This document shows, piece by piece, positions 38,897 to 52,331 of a DNA stretch of 64,000 nt; positions within the stretch are counted from its first letter, which is position 1, and the number at the start of each line of letters is the position of its first letter. Where the stretch lies: assembly GCF_021869535.1 (NCBI RefSeq), contig NW_026262745.1, forward strand, positions 24,304,001 to 24,368,000. Direction: 5' to 3'. Under the pieces are notes generated by a model. It was given only the letters and a program-made list of their open reading frames with translations, had not been told where the DNA came from and searched no databases. The translations under genes and the position numbers were made by a program. The DNA comes from Mytilus californianus (Eukaryota).

Positions 38897-41800
38897 TTAC
38901 GAAAGCTTTGTCATGTTAAATCCCGTATACATTAATGAAGTCTTAAATAGACAATTTCCGTCATCGTAAATTACGTTGTGCAGTCTGAGTGTTCAGAAAT
39001 GACGTCTATATCATTTAGCAACGTTTTAAACAATTATCTTTCCATAATACGATACCCTGTATGTTGAGGTCCATTTTAGCATTCATATGTTTTTTTCCTA
39101 AAAGTGCAAAAAAATAATTGAATAAATAATGCCATCATGCATGAATTGTACCAATTCAGAAGGAGGTGACATTTTTGTTTTTCCTAAATAATCCAAAGAA
39201 GGCATTTTAAAATCAAATTATGGTTTCATAACAAATAGAGATTTCTAGTTAAACATCAAATTTGTATGTAAACGAGTGAGTAGTTGGAGTAGACAATAAG
39301 TGGTTAATCAAAATCCGCAAGCCAAGAAAACCCATGAACAAACGAAAAAAGAGACAAAAAGCAGACCACACAGATAATTAAAAATTGAGCAATACAAACC
39401 CAACAAAAATCGGGTTGAACTTATGTGCTCTGGAGTATTCAGCAGTTTCTGTTGCAAAAGTGAAATCTGTCGATTTACTCTGGTTAAAATCCTTTGATGT
39501 AACATATCAAGTGATTAGGAATCGCACAATATCGGATTAGCAAATGTCGCTTGTCTAACAATAACACATTAACAAATGCATGAACCATCTTCAAGTGTAA
39601 ATTTTCTAATCCAAATACTTAATGTTTAAAAATTGAAACAGTTTATAGTGCAAAAGACAGCAAGGACCGTATCCGATAAAAAAAAAGAACATATATATGA
39701 CAATTAAAAATCCGATAAGTAGAATTCGTAGAATCCAATGTAATCCATGTGGCTCTAGCACATTGTTTTTGGAAATTTTTTTAAATTACTTAGTAGATAA
39801 ATATACAGCAAAATATTCCGTTTTCTTTTTCTAAAATCATGAAACTTTGATAAAAAATAATTATTTCCAAAGAATTGTTATACAAATTTAGAGCATACTT
39901 ATGTAAAGAAGATTTTCCAAATATTTTTACAAAAATCCGCTTTTGTTTATCTTTTGAAACAAAAAAGTTAGGTATGTCTATCCAAAGAATAGAAATGTCA
40001 AAAAAACAGATATTTTGAGTAAATGTCTAAAATTTCGACCCCATTTATCTCTTAAAGTAGCACATGAAGGTATATTTTTTATTACATATTGGAATTGACT
40101 AGGTGAAAAATAGCTTGTATGAAAATTTTCGTAAAAAAATCACCGTGGGATAAAAATTGTATCGTAAAACTATGCCCTTAATCCTGGTATCTTTGATGAG
40201 TTTATCGTTTAGCAAACCTTGTTTTATTTGAATACTTATACAGCCACTCGTGATAGGAATCCACTTTATAGAATGGAAAATGCGTTCTTAGCTCACCCGA
40301 CATAGAATTGAATTGTTATTAAATTGACCGGAAAATTAGTATTCATAAATTGGAACAAATCAGAATGAGGTATGAATCAAGTATAAAAGCAAGATAAGAA
40401 AAAAGTATTTGAATCTGAAACATACATGATTATATAAATTTCGTCTAACGATAAACCAGTTTGTAATGATCACTTTATCATTTGAATTAATTTTCATGGT
40501 ATCGGTCATAAGTATATCCATTGGTATAGAAACATTATTATCTGACTAGTCAGTAATTTCAGCAGGGTAGATTAATTACAATGTTGACTACACATGAGGG
40601 TATCAAATGGTCAGCAACATCATATCGTGACTTTGTTGTTGCTTTTATTTCTCGTCGGATCTGCTTTAGTTTGGAATATGGAAAACATAAACTTTACTAT
40701 ACATACAATCAACTTTGTTAGAAGAGGGAGGTCTGTTACTACGCAGATCTATCGAAGACTATGTATGCTACCATTTTAGACAGTAACTTCTCTTATTCAT
40801 ACTGATTTCGTAATAATTATTATGATAATTAATGTTTTGTATTACCACAGGACTTTACAGCAACGCAGATTTCACGGCAACTCAAACCGTATCTCAGTTT
40901 GGACAAAGTTAATAATTTCTTAGACAAATGTTCTCAATTTTCATGGAATATCAATGTTATGGAGTTGCCTATGGTGCTTTTGTGGCCAACAGATGCAACA
41001 AAAGACAAACTATTTCATTATTTTAGATATTTTACAAAATTTGGAACTGAGCTAGAGCATGGTGTGTGGCCAGCTTTGTTATTAAATGAGGATGGACCAA
41101 TTATGGTTAGAGGTGTGGTTCAGCTAAAATAATTACGAAAGCTTTGTCATGTTAAATCCCGTATACATTAATGAAGTCTTAAATAGACAATTTCCGTCAT
41201 CGTAAATTACGTTGTGCAGTCTGAGTGTTCAGAAATGACGTCTATATCATTTAGCAACGTTTTAAACAATTATCTTTCCATAATACGATACCCTGTATGT
41301 TGAGGTCCATTTTAGCATTCATATGTTTTTTTCCTAAAAGTGCAAAAAAATAATTGAATAAATAATGCCATCATGCATGAATTGTACCAATTCAGAAGGA
41401 GGTGACATTTTTGTTTTTCCTAAATAATCCAAAGAAGGCATTTTAAAATCAAATTATGGTTTCATAACAAATAGAGATTTCTAGTTAAACATCAAATTTG
41501 TATGTAAACGAGTGAGTAGTTGGAGTAGACAATAAGTGGTTAATCAAAATCCGCAAGCCAAGAAAACCCATGAAAAAAACGAAAAAAGAGACAAAAAGCA
41601 GGCCACACAGATAATTAAAAATTGAGCAATACAAACCCAACAAAAATCGGGTTGAACTTATGTGCTCTGGAGTTTTCAGCAGTTTCTGTTGCAAAAGTGA
41701 AATCTGTCGATTTACTCTGGTTAAAATCCTTTGATGTAACATATCAAGTGATTAGGAATCGCACAATATCGGATTGGCAAATGTCGCTTGTCTAACAATA

Positions 41801-41997
41801 ACACATTAACAAATGCATGAACCATCTTCAAGTGTAAATTTTCTAATCCAAATACTTAATGTTTAAAAATTGAAACAGTTTATAGTGCAAAAGACAGCAA
41901 GGACCGTGTCCGATAAAAAAAAAGAACATATATATGACAATTAAAAATCCGATAAGTAGAATTCGTAGAATCCAATGTAATCCATGTGGCTCTAGCA
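37536..41997. repeat. 2.24-kb tandem duplication containing the last exon and 3' UTR of G5
   Basis: Copy 1 is 37536..39760, an 11-nt filler CATTGTTTTTG follows, and copy 2 is 39772..41997 (offset 2236). Duplicated ORF pairs (38358/40594, 38663/40899) are identical. Confidence 0.92.
40851..41132 (+). other. Duplicate terminal exon of G5 (intact acceptor, ORF and poly(A) signal)
   Basis: ACAG| acceptor at 40849-50, same 93-aa translation as 38615..38896, AATAAA near 41357. Confidence 0.8.
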
Positions 41998-44900
41998 AAT
42001 GGAGCATATCATTGGTCATCTGTGACACAGACCTTCCATAACAGGCCACCATCTCATGTTGGCGTCCTTAAAACTGTTGAATTAATTATATCAACTTTAC
42101 CATTTAGAACATATGGTTTAATACCTTCCTTGTTAGCAGCAATCCTTTATCACGGAAATCATCATAGTAAATGCAAGCTCTGGAATATTGTATAACTCAT
42201 CAAAGATACCCAGCTTATAATTTGGTACGTCAAACGCAAAGACTAGATAAAACTCAGCAGTGGCGCTCGAGATAAAAGGCAAAACCAAATATACGAAGTT
42301 GAAGAGCATAAATATCCGAAAAGTGGAGCAAAATGGTGCTATGGCTATCTATGTATGGAAAGAAAAACCAGAGTGTTTGGAATACAATGGGCTATATATA
42401 CTCCAAATGCAAGTGCTGTACTGTTGGACTGTTGCTGCATCGAAACGGAAATGAAATCATCTGTTTCGTTGTAAGGTTTAATTCTCAACCGATCCTCACT
42501 GTTGATTTATAGTGTAAAGTCGAGATAAAACTGACTTTGTGGTATCCGTTTTTTCAAGTGTAATGAGATAAATGTATCAATATAGTTTACCGAATTTTTC
42601 AGCTGATATCATCTATAGAGTTCAAAGTGAAGTGAAAAGATAATGCTAGCCTCTTTTAATTTCTCCTTAGAAATCTCAATAATATTCTTCTTAAGAAGGT
42701 CATGTTTTGAGTCTGTTCAAAAGAGTAAAGGAACATCCCTGAATCGAATGCAAATAGGATGATCTAAAATAGACAAGTCACGTGTTTAATATGTTATTTT
42801 CTGACTAATCACATGCGGATGCACGAAATTAAAATAAAGTGTTATTTTCATTTACTAGCGCTGGGTCGATACTACTGTTGGTGAACTGTTAGTCTCCGAG
42901 GGTATTATTAACTCAGTAGTCAGTGATTCGGTACTGACATGATTTTTAACAAACATTCCTAATTCTGCGATGATAATTTAAGAAATCATCTTTGAAAATA
43001 AGTTTCGAACTCCCTCAGGCAAAGTTGATATTAGATGGGTTTGGATATTTTTTAGGTACACTTTGGCAACATAGCTGTTCACGTGTGTGTTTTTTGTCTT
43101 ATATATCCATGGCTTTAAAATGATTTTGTTTGAGCGTTCATGATGAAAATAAATCCAGAAAATCGCTTTGGACGCACGAAATTAAAATAAAGTGTTAAAT
43201 TTAATCACTTAGGCTCCAAATGAAATATAGTACATTTGGGGATATTCGAACATGTGGGAAAGAATATTATATGTTATTCAGGATTTTCACAGGAGGTATA
43301 CGCTCATATACTCTGTCAGTGATCCCATATCCCCTGTGATACCCGAATAACAATTATTTTACTGGAGTTTCTTGATTTCAACATTAGCTACCATTCTTAT
43401 CTTCGCTTTTGTTCACATGGAATATGGGCTCATATACATGTCAAGGTAACCAATCAAATTGCAGAACTAAATGGGATATTTTAGATCCTCAAAAACATTT
43501 AATCACTGTTGCCAAAAAGGTCCAATTTAAAAACCTACGATGCTTGTATGCCATATGAACGATAAATGCTCGTTGGAAACCTTACATGTATGTTTACTTT
43601 CCAGAAATGCATTATTCTGATAAATTCTATGATGAGAACGACAACATAGTATGTATACTGTGGGATTATTTACAGCTCATCCTACAGTGTAAATATGTGT
43701 TTTTTGTTATATTGTTCCCGTGCTGGACTGTGGTCACTTCAGTCGATATGCACAATGCAGTAATTTGGATTCTATTTTGCCCTGGATAAATATCGTCGAA
43801 ATCATGTACAGAGGATGATTTGTACTGTTCCTATACTGTATGAACGTCTTTTATGCAAACATGCATAAAGATATAAAGACGTGAGACCTCAGAATATAAG
43901 TAAGAAATATCGGTATTATATCCTGTCGGACGCTTACAAGTAATGCAACCTGTACCCTCAGCATGAAAAATAAAAAAACAAAATAACGCCATCTTAGCCA
44001 TGTTTTTTTCTATTATACACATGTTAATAAATGCCTGCGAAATCGTTTCATTAGAAACATAGTAATGGGAATAGCAGTAAGTATAAACAATTTTTTTTAG
44101 TATTAAGTGAGTTTTCATTATATCGCATTTCATATATCCGCCGAAAGTTTTATTATGAAATGTTAATTGTGAATGAATTTTAATGTATCTCCTACAAATG
44201 CATATGAGTATAGGCTACATATATTCTACTTCTCTAAACAGCTCCACTGTACTTATTCGTCAGTCAATTTCACAATATAGTATCTATCATAATCGGACAT
44301 CGGACTGGAGACTAGAGATTTTTGTGCAAGATGAACAAAAATTTTGATAAATGTATCTCGACTATCATCCAGATGCTATCATTCAACTAATACATGTGTA
44401 TTTGGAAATTTAATGGAGAACAAACAAACACATTTCATGTAGAAGATCGTGGTGAAAGTACCATTTCTTCTTTCAACTCTAGCAATTCCTAACTGTGTAA
44501 AATTAAAACTTCACATATATCCCTTTTTGGCCACGAAGCTGCAACTGGTGGACTGCTTGTACCCGACGGTATCGTAGCCAAGTGGTTCGCCACCAAAATG
44601 ATTATAACATACATTTCTTTAATTTCCGTTGATAGATTTATCTCTGTATTTTTAAAGTTATGGTGTATTTATTCTTGAGATAACTTCTCTTATGTGTGCC
44701 ATATCATTCTCTCAATTTAAGTCCAGTTTTTTTCTATTAGAAATCATTAAGAAATTTTGGTTCATATTTCTTCAACCAATGTTGACCTACAAAAAATGTA
44801 AGACGGTTTTGATGTTAATTTAAAGTCCCTTTTAGATATATAGCTCCATAAGTATTTATACAATCCTTGCTATCAAATTTTTGGTTCTGAGCCTTCCTGC

Positions 44901-46090
44901 TGGAGGTTATTTTTCTATAAAAGTGCTCCAGACGTACCAAATATATATAGTGTTAATTCATATTTAAGCTGAATTCTTGAAAATGTATTCATCAAGCTTT
45001 TGTTATTTCATTTTATTTTTCATCATGCTGTTAAGGAAATATGAGTGAGTATTGCATGGTTTTGGACATGTAAATAAAATTGACCAAATGTACTCGAATC
45101 ATCATGTAGTCAAACCCGGGGATATTCTGGTAGAACTATAGAAAATATAAGTTGTCTATGCTGATTAAATGAAAGAAAGACTATATTTAAGTTGAAAAAA
45201 GTTAAAATGGTGGTTTCGCGAGAACATATTTGACCAATCATGTACAGTCAAATGTTCCTTTATGATACACAATTGTTGATGGATGGTCTAAATCGTTAAC
45301 GTTATACAATAACAGCAAACAAACTGACTGAATGTACCTAGATGGCCTACCTAATTTGTTCTTTTGATGCCATATATGTGGGCTGTAATGTTCATATACA
45401 GATCTTTCTTGAACAGTTTAAAACTTCAATTGTGGGCTGTATAGTGCCACACAAATTTTCGAAATAGGAAATATTTTATTGATGTATTGCTGGTATTAAC
45501 ACAGTAATAGGTCCGAGGACACAGTTACGTCCTTAGATTTTCGTTGTCTACAAATATAGTCCCTAGTGTGGACAGTGTATAACTTGCTAAATTTTTTCAT
45601 ACACTTTCCAAATTTATTTCTTTATATTTTATGCATGAAATATTAAGTAAGGGGATGAAATTACATGTTAAAAAAATTTGGTAGCTGAATCTTTATGTTA
45701 AGCAGTGATGCATGTTTATGTAAGGCTCCCCTTAATTCGAAAATCTCTATTTTCAGGCACAGGCTCATATGAATTTGACTTTTGAATAATTGTAATAAAT
45801 CTGATAAATCAAATGAGTGTTCAGTTGCTTTTAATACCTAATATATTATATTTAAGAGCATTTAAAAAGCAAATTTTTGCAATATTTAAATTTTTTAAGC
45901 CCAAATCTTGATAGTTGAAATTATTTGATTTAAACGTCAAAGTTAAACATTCAAATTTTAGTATTAAAATGGCCATAGTTTCTATAATGTATATCCTATG
46001 ACCATGAAACTTTGCCAACTATCTTATAATTCCCTAAGCTTAAATCATGCAAAGTTTTATTAGAATTGGTCAAGTCTTTCTATACTATTA

Positions 46091-46529
46091 GGTCCGAGGA
46101 CACAGTTATCGTCCTTAGATTTGCATAGTCCCTAGTGTGGACAGTGTATAACTTGCTAATTTTTTCATACACTTTCCAAATTTATTTCTTTATATTTTAT
46201 GCATGAAATATTAAGTAAGGGGATGAAATTACATGTTAAACAAATTTGGTAGCTGAATCTTTATGCTAAGCAGTGATTTGGTCCAGTTAAAAAAAGGTCA
46301 AAAACTAGTATGTCTGAAACTGTCAAACTGAATTTTAGACCACCTTCACATAGAATTGTCAATATTTTGAGTTAGAGCTGGTAAAATTTTCTATAATTTT
46401 GATATTATTTGTCTCAATAGTAGTACACAACACTGTAAAAATCTTTTTGAGATAGAGCAGGTGCGATTTTTTTAATTTGACTTTATTGTCTAAAAGAAAT
46501 GCACTACGAAATAACTGTGTTCTCGGGCC
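46091..46529. mobile_element. ~440-bp MITE with TA flanks (representative copy; 7 full copies and 1 partial in the array)
   Basis: TIRs GGTCCGAGGACACAGTTAT / ATAACTGTGTTCTCGGGCC (17/19 match), TA on both sides. Other copies: 47823-48261, 49553-49990, 52758-53197, 54491-54929, 56222-56660, 59417-59857. Confidence 0.82.
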
Positions 46530-49500
46530 TAAGAGATGAATTCAGGAAATGTAGATTCTGTACTTTGACAACATCCCTGAATGGTTTGCTGGTTTCAATT
46601 TGTTAAACGCAATAAAAGTAAAGGATTTACATCTTTATTTGAAAGAATTTTCGTAAAAATGTCCCATTTTGACATTATACAGCTAGAATAAGCATTTTAA
46701 AGCAGTTTCCATTTTCAAACCTAAGAGGCATGCTGACTTTCTATCTGACAGCTTTTTATGCTTTGATATTTGTGTTTCTATGATTAATTCAAATTCTATT
46801 AACCATTTGTGAACTCTGAATATAGAGAAAAGTAGATTATCACAGAAAAAAATGTGCAAAATGTGTTGTATTTAGACCCTGGTCGAACGGCCTGTTTAAT
46901 GTATGTGAAATGTGAAGAGCTTTGTACATAAAATGTGTAGTCCATCATAAATATTTCACTAAATATGTAAAAAAAGCACTTGACAATGATCTGTGCACCT
47001 TATCCATTTCATATACTACCTTTTTTTTTTATTTTGTAGGATAGTATGTGGTTCAAATATATGCCAGTTGAGACTAAAACTACATGCAAGTTTTCCATTG
47101 AAAAGTGAAAAACTGTGCATCAGACCATACTGTCTGCAAAAAAAGTTGAATGCAAGAGTCCTTTTGCAATTAGACTTCTTGTATCATGACATCTTAGCAT
47201 AGAAATGAGCAAAAAGTAACAAATTTCCATTTCTTATAGCTTCTGTATGCATTTTTATATGTAAATATGTGCTACGGCCTAAATTGACTCTTAATAATGT
47301 TCAGTCTTACATAGCCTAAGACCATTTTATATTCATTTGGTATGCTTTTTGTTTTCTTTCCATTTAAAGTACATTTAATATACATGGAAGAATAATTTAT
47401 GGTAAAAAAACTTCAAAAACTTCAAATTGGTTGAAAAATATGCATGTTTATGTAAGGCTCCCCTTAATTCGAAAATCTCTATTTTCAGGCACAGGCTCAT
47501 ATGAATTTGACTTTTGAATAATTTTAATAAATCTGATAAATCAAATGAGTGTTCAGTTGCTTTTAATACTTAATATATTACATTTAAGAGCATTTAAAAA
47601 GCAAATTTTTGCAATATTTAAATTTTTTAAGCCCAAATCTTGATAGTTGAAATTATTTGATTTAAACGTCAAAGTTAAACATTCAAATTTTAGTATTAAA
47701 ATGGCCATAGTTTCTATAATGTATATCCTATGACCATGAAACTTGGCCAACTATCTTATAATTCCCTAAGCTTAAGTCATGCAAAGTTTTATTAGAATTG
47801 GTCAAGTCTTTCTATACTATTAGGTCCGAGGACACAGTTATCGTCCTTAGATTTTCATAGTCCCTAATGTGGACAGTGTATAACTTGCTAATTTTTTTCA
47901 TACACTTTCCAAATTTATTTCTTTATATTTTATGCATGAAATATTAAGTAAGGGGATGGAATTACATGTTAAACAAATTTGGTAGCTGAATCTTTATGTT
48001 GAGCAGTGATTTGGTCCAGTTAAAAAAGGTCAAAAACTAGTATGTCTGAAGCTGTCAAATTGAATTTTAGACCCCCTTCACATAGAATTGTCAATATTTT
48101 GAGTTAGAGCTGGTAAAATTTTCTATAATTTTGATATTATTTGTCTCAATAGTAGTACACTACACTGTAAAAATCTTTTTGAGATAGAGCAGGTGCGATT
48201 TTTTTAATTTGACTTTATTGTCTAAAAGAAATGCACTACGAAATAACTGTGTTCTTGGGCCTAAGAGATGAATTCAGGAAATGTAGATTCTGTACTTTGA
48301 CAACGTCCCTGAATGGTTTGCTGGTTTCAATTTGTCAAACTCAATAAAAGTAAAGGATTTACATCTTTATTTGAAAGAATTTTTGTAAAAATGTCCCATT
48401 TGACATTATACAGCTAGAATAAGCATTTGAAAGCAGTTTCCATTTTTAAGCCTAAGAGGCATGCTGACTTTCTATCTGACAGCTTTTTATGCTTTGATAT
48501 TTGTGTTTCTATGATTAATTCAAATTCTATTAACCATTTGTGAACTCTGAATATAGAGAAAAGTAGATTATCACAGAAAAAAATGTGCAAAATGTGTTGT
48601 ATTTAGACCCTGGTGGAACGGCCTGTTTAATGTATGTGAAATGTGAAGAGCTTTGTACATAAAATGTGTAGTCAATCATAAATATTTCACTAAATATGTA
48701 AAAAAAAGCACTTGACAATGATCTGTGCACCTTATCCATTTCATATACTACCTTTATTTTCTTCTGTAGGATAGTATGTGGTTCAAATATATGCCAGTTG
48801 AGACTAAAACTACATGCAAGTTTTCCGTTAAAAAGTGAAAAACTGTGCATCAGACCATACTGTCTGCAAAAAAAGTTGAATGCAAGAGTCCTTTTGCAAT
48901 TAGATTTCTTGTATCATGACATCTTAGCATAGAAATGAGCAAAAAGTAACAAATTTCCATTTCTTATAGCTTCTGTATGCATTTTTATATGTAAATATGT
49001 GCTACGGCCTAAATTGACTCTTAATAATGTTCAGTCTTACATAGCCTAAGACCATTTTATATTCATTTGGTATGCTTTTTGTTTTCTTTCCATTTAAAGT
49101 ACATTTAATATATATGGAAGAATAATTTATGGTAAAAAAACTTCAAAAACTTCAAATTGGTTGAAAAATATGCATGTTTATGTAAGGCTCCCCTTAATTC
49201 GAAAATTTCTATTTTCAGGCACAGGCTCATATAAATTTGACTTTTGAAAAATTGTAATAAATCTGATAAATCAAATGAGTGTTCAGTTGCTTTTAATACT
49301 TAATATATTATATTTAAGAGCATTTAAAAAGCAAATTTTTGCAATATTTAAATTTTTTAAGCTTAAATCTTGATAGTTGAAATTATTTGATTTAAACGTC
49401 AAAGTTAAACATTCAAATTTCAATATTAAAATGGCCATAGTTTCTATAATGTATATCCTATGGCCATGAAACTTGGCAAACTATCTTATAATTCCCTAAG

Positions 49501-50598
49501 CTTAAGTCATGCAAAGTTTTATTAGAATTGGTCAAGTCTTTCTATACTATTAGGTCCGAGGACACAGTTATCGTCCTTAGATTTTCATAGTCCCTAGTGT
49601 GGACAGTGTATAACTTGCTAATTTTTTTCATACACTTTCCAAATTTATTTCTTTATATTTTATGCATGAAATATTAAGTAAGGGGATGAAATTACATGTT
49701 AAACAAATTTGGTAGCTGAATCTTTATGTTAAGCAGTGGTTTGGTCCAGTTAAAAAAGGTCAAAAACTAGTATGTCTGAAGCTGTCAAACTGAATTTTAG
49801 ACCCCCTTAACATAGAATTGTCAATATTTTGAGTCAGAGCTGGTAGAATTTTCTATAATTTTGATATTATTTGTCTCAATAGTAGTACACTACACTGTAA
49901 AAAAATTTTCAGATAGAGCAGGTGCGATATTTTTAATTTGACTATATTGTCTAAAAGAAATGCACTACGAAATAACTGTGTTCTCGGGCCTAAGAGATGA
50001 ATTCAGGAAATGTAGATTCTGTACTTTGACAACGTCCCTGAATGGTTTCCTGGTATCAATTTATTTGTCAAACTCAATAAAAGTAAAGGATTTACATCTT
50101 TATTTGAAAGAATTTTTGTAAAAATGTCCCATTTGACATTATACAGCTAGAATAAGCATTTTAAAGCAGTTTCCATTTTTAAGCCTAAGAGGCATGCTTA
50201 CTTTCTATCTGACAGTTTTTTATGCCTTGATATTTGTGTTTCTATGATTAATTCAAATTCTATTAACCATTTGTAAACTCTGAATATAGAGAAAAGTAGA
50301 TTATCACAGAAAAAAATGTGCAAAATGTGTTGTATTTAGACCCTGGTCGAACGGCCTGTTTAATGTATGTGAAATGTGAAGAGCTTTGTACATAAAATGT
50401 GTAGTCCATCATAAATATTTCACTAAATTTTTTAAAAAAAGCACTTGACAATGATCTGTGCACCTTATCCATTTCATATACTACCTTTATTTTCTTCTGT
50501 AGGATAGTATGTGGTTCAAATATATGCCAGTTGAGACTAAAACTAAATGCAAGTTTTCCATTGAAAAGTGAAAAAACTGTGCATCAGACCATACTGTT

Positions 50599-51770
50599 CA
50601 GACTTGGGGTCAATTATATTGGAATGTAATTAATTAAATTACACATTACATTGCAAAAATGATCAATTACACTAATTACCATTACATAGTTTTTGAGATG
50701 TAATTAATTAAATTACAATTACTTTACTAAAGTAATTAATTAAATTACACATTACATTTGATCATAGTTTTTTCAAACAATATATATAGCATGTGAAAAA
50801 GATTCATGTAAGCTTACAACATAGTTTTAGCATTGCATTTGATCATCATTTGCAGTTTTTAATGTTTTGTCATTTAGTCTGCATCTCTTTGGTCTGAACA
50901 CTTTGCCAGCAATTCTAAATAGTCTTTCGACAGGAGCTGATGTTGCATGTATTGCTAGATCATAAGATGTGTTGATAGAAGAGGGAATTTGTTCCTATTA
51001 ACTTGCCAATACATTGAGGGGTTTATTGACATCTCAGAAATGAAGTCATTAAATTAAACATAATATAAATTAAAAAATTATAAATAAATTTAAAAATGTC
51101 TCAATTCTTTTTTTTACTTTACATTATTAAAAAGTATGCTTGTCACAATATTGAAAATGATATTTAGTACAAACAATGTATAATGTCTAAATATTAGCAA
51201 TATTTTGCTAATTAGATAAAATACATGTAATAGTGGCATTGTCCCTAGGCTATTTTATTACACATTTTAATCTCATTAATTGCTGTTTGTTTTTTCAGCT
51301 GGTAATTTTATTTCTACAATCCTTTTGTGTATACTAATTTGACAAAACGATTGTGTGTAGTGATTTAAAATTCTAAATGAACTGTGTGATTCTCACTTTT
51401 TTTTTAAATTATAAGAGTATTGAGCAAACCATTCTGTATGTCAAATAAATAACATTGAAAAAAAAATAGGGAAAAAAATACAGACTTGTGTATTAAATAA
51501 GTATGTACCTGATATATTAATATTTGTAAAATAAATGTTATTTTACAACTTATATTAACATAATTTCTAATCATTATCACCATAAAAGTGCATGTAATTC
51601 AAATGTAATTCAAAAGTAATTTAGCATTACATGTTTTTTTCATTGTAATTAATTAAATTACCATTACATGTAATTAAAAGAATGCTCAATTACACATTAC
51701 ATTCAATTACATGGAAAATTGTAATGCATTACACTTAATTACCATTACATTTTCAATTACCCCATCCCTG
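50599..51770 (-). mobile_element. Non-autonomous hAT transposon (1172 bp) with a transposase dimerisation-domain remnant
   Basis: CAG...CTG termini, imperfect TIR CAGACTTGGGGTCAATT / AATTACCCCATCCCTG, 8-bp TSD ATACTGT(T/C), dense ATTAC/GTAAT subterminal repeats. The minus strand at about 50830-51040 gives frameshifted INPSMYWQVNRNKFPLLS / LAIHATSAPVERLFRIAGKVFRPKRCRLNDKT / KLQMMIKCN. Confidence 0.85.
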
Positions 51771-52023
51771 ATACTGTCTGCAAAACAAGTTGAATGCAAG
51801 AGTCCTTTTGCAATTAGACTTCTTGTATCATGACATCTTAGCATAGAAATGAGCAAAAAGTAACAAATTTCCATTTCTTATAGCTTCTGTATGCATTTTT
51901 ATATGTAAATATGTGCTACGGCCTAAATTGACTCTTACATAGCCTAAGACCATTTTATATTCATTTGGTATGCTTTTTGTTTTCTTTCCATTTAGAGTAC
52001 ATTAATATATATGGAAGAATAAT

Positions 52024-52331
52024 ATATCGTAACTACAATACCCTTCCCTTTTCACGAATGTGACTTACCGAATTAGACTATTTACCGGATATGTAATAAC
52101 ATAAGCAACTCGACGGGTGCCACATGTGGAGCAGGATCTGCTTACCCTTCCGGAGCACCTGAGATCACCCCAAGTTTTTGGTGGAGTTCGTGTTGCTTAG
52201 TCTTTAGTTTTCTATGTTGTGTCATCTGTACAATTATTTGTCTGTTTGTCTTTTTATTTTTGGCCATGACGTTGTCAGTTTGTTTTCGATCTATGAGTTT
52301 GACTGTCCCTCTGGTATCTTTCGTCCCTCTT
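52024..52331 (-). mobile_element. ~308-bp Helitron/Helentron-like dispersed repeat inserted in an array monomer
   Basis: Interrupts GAATAAT|TTATGG, which is intact in the other monomers. No TSD. Same family as 20048-20227. Confidence 0.7.

Noticed and set aside
42000-45500. Additional gene in the ORFs between G5 and the array
   Set aside because: The short ORFs lack family motifs or coherent splice chains, and the region is mostly repeat fragments.
46530-47220. Exon-like or Cys-rich transposase-like fragments in the array X segment (TGTAG|GATAGTATGTGG..., RKCRFC)
   Set aside because: There are stops in all frames, no recognisable domain, and the ORF calls vary between monomers.
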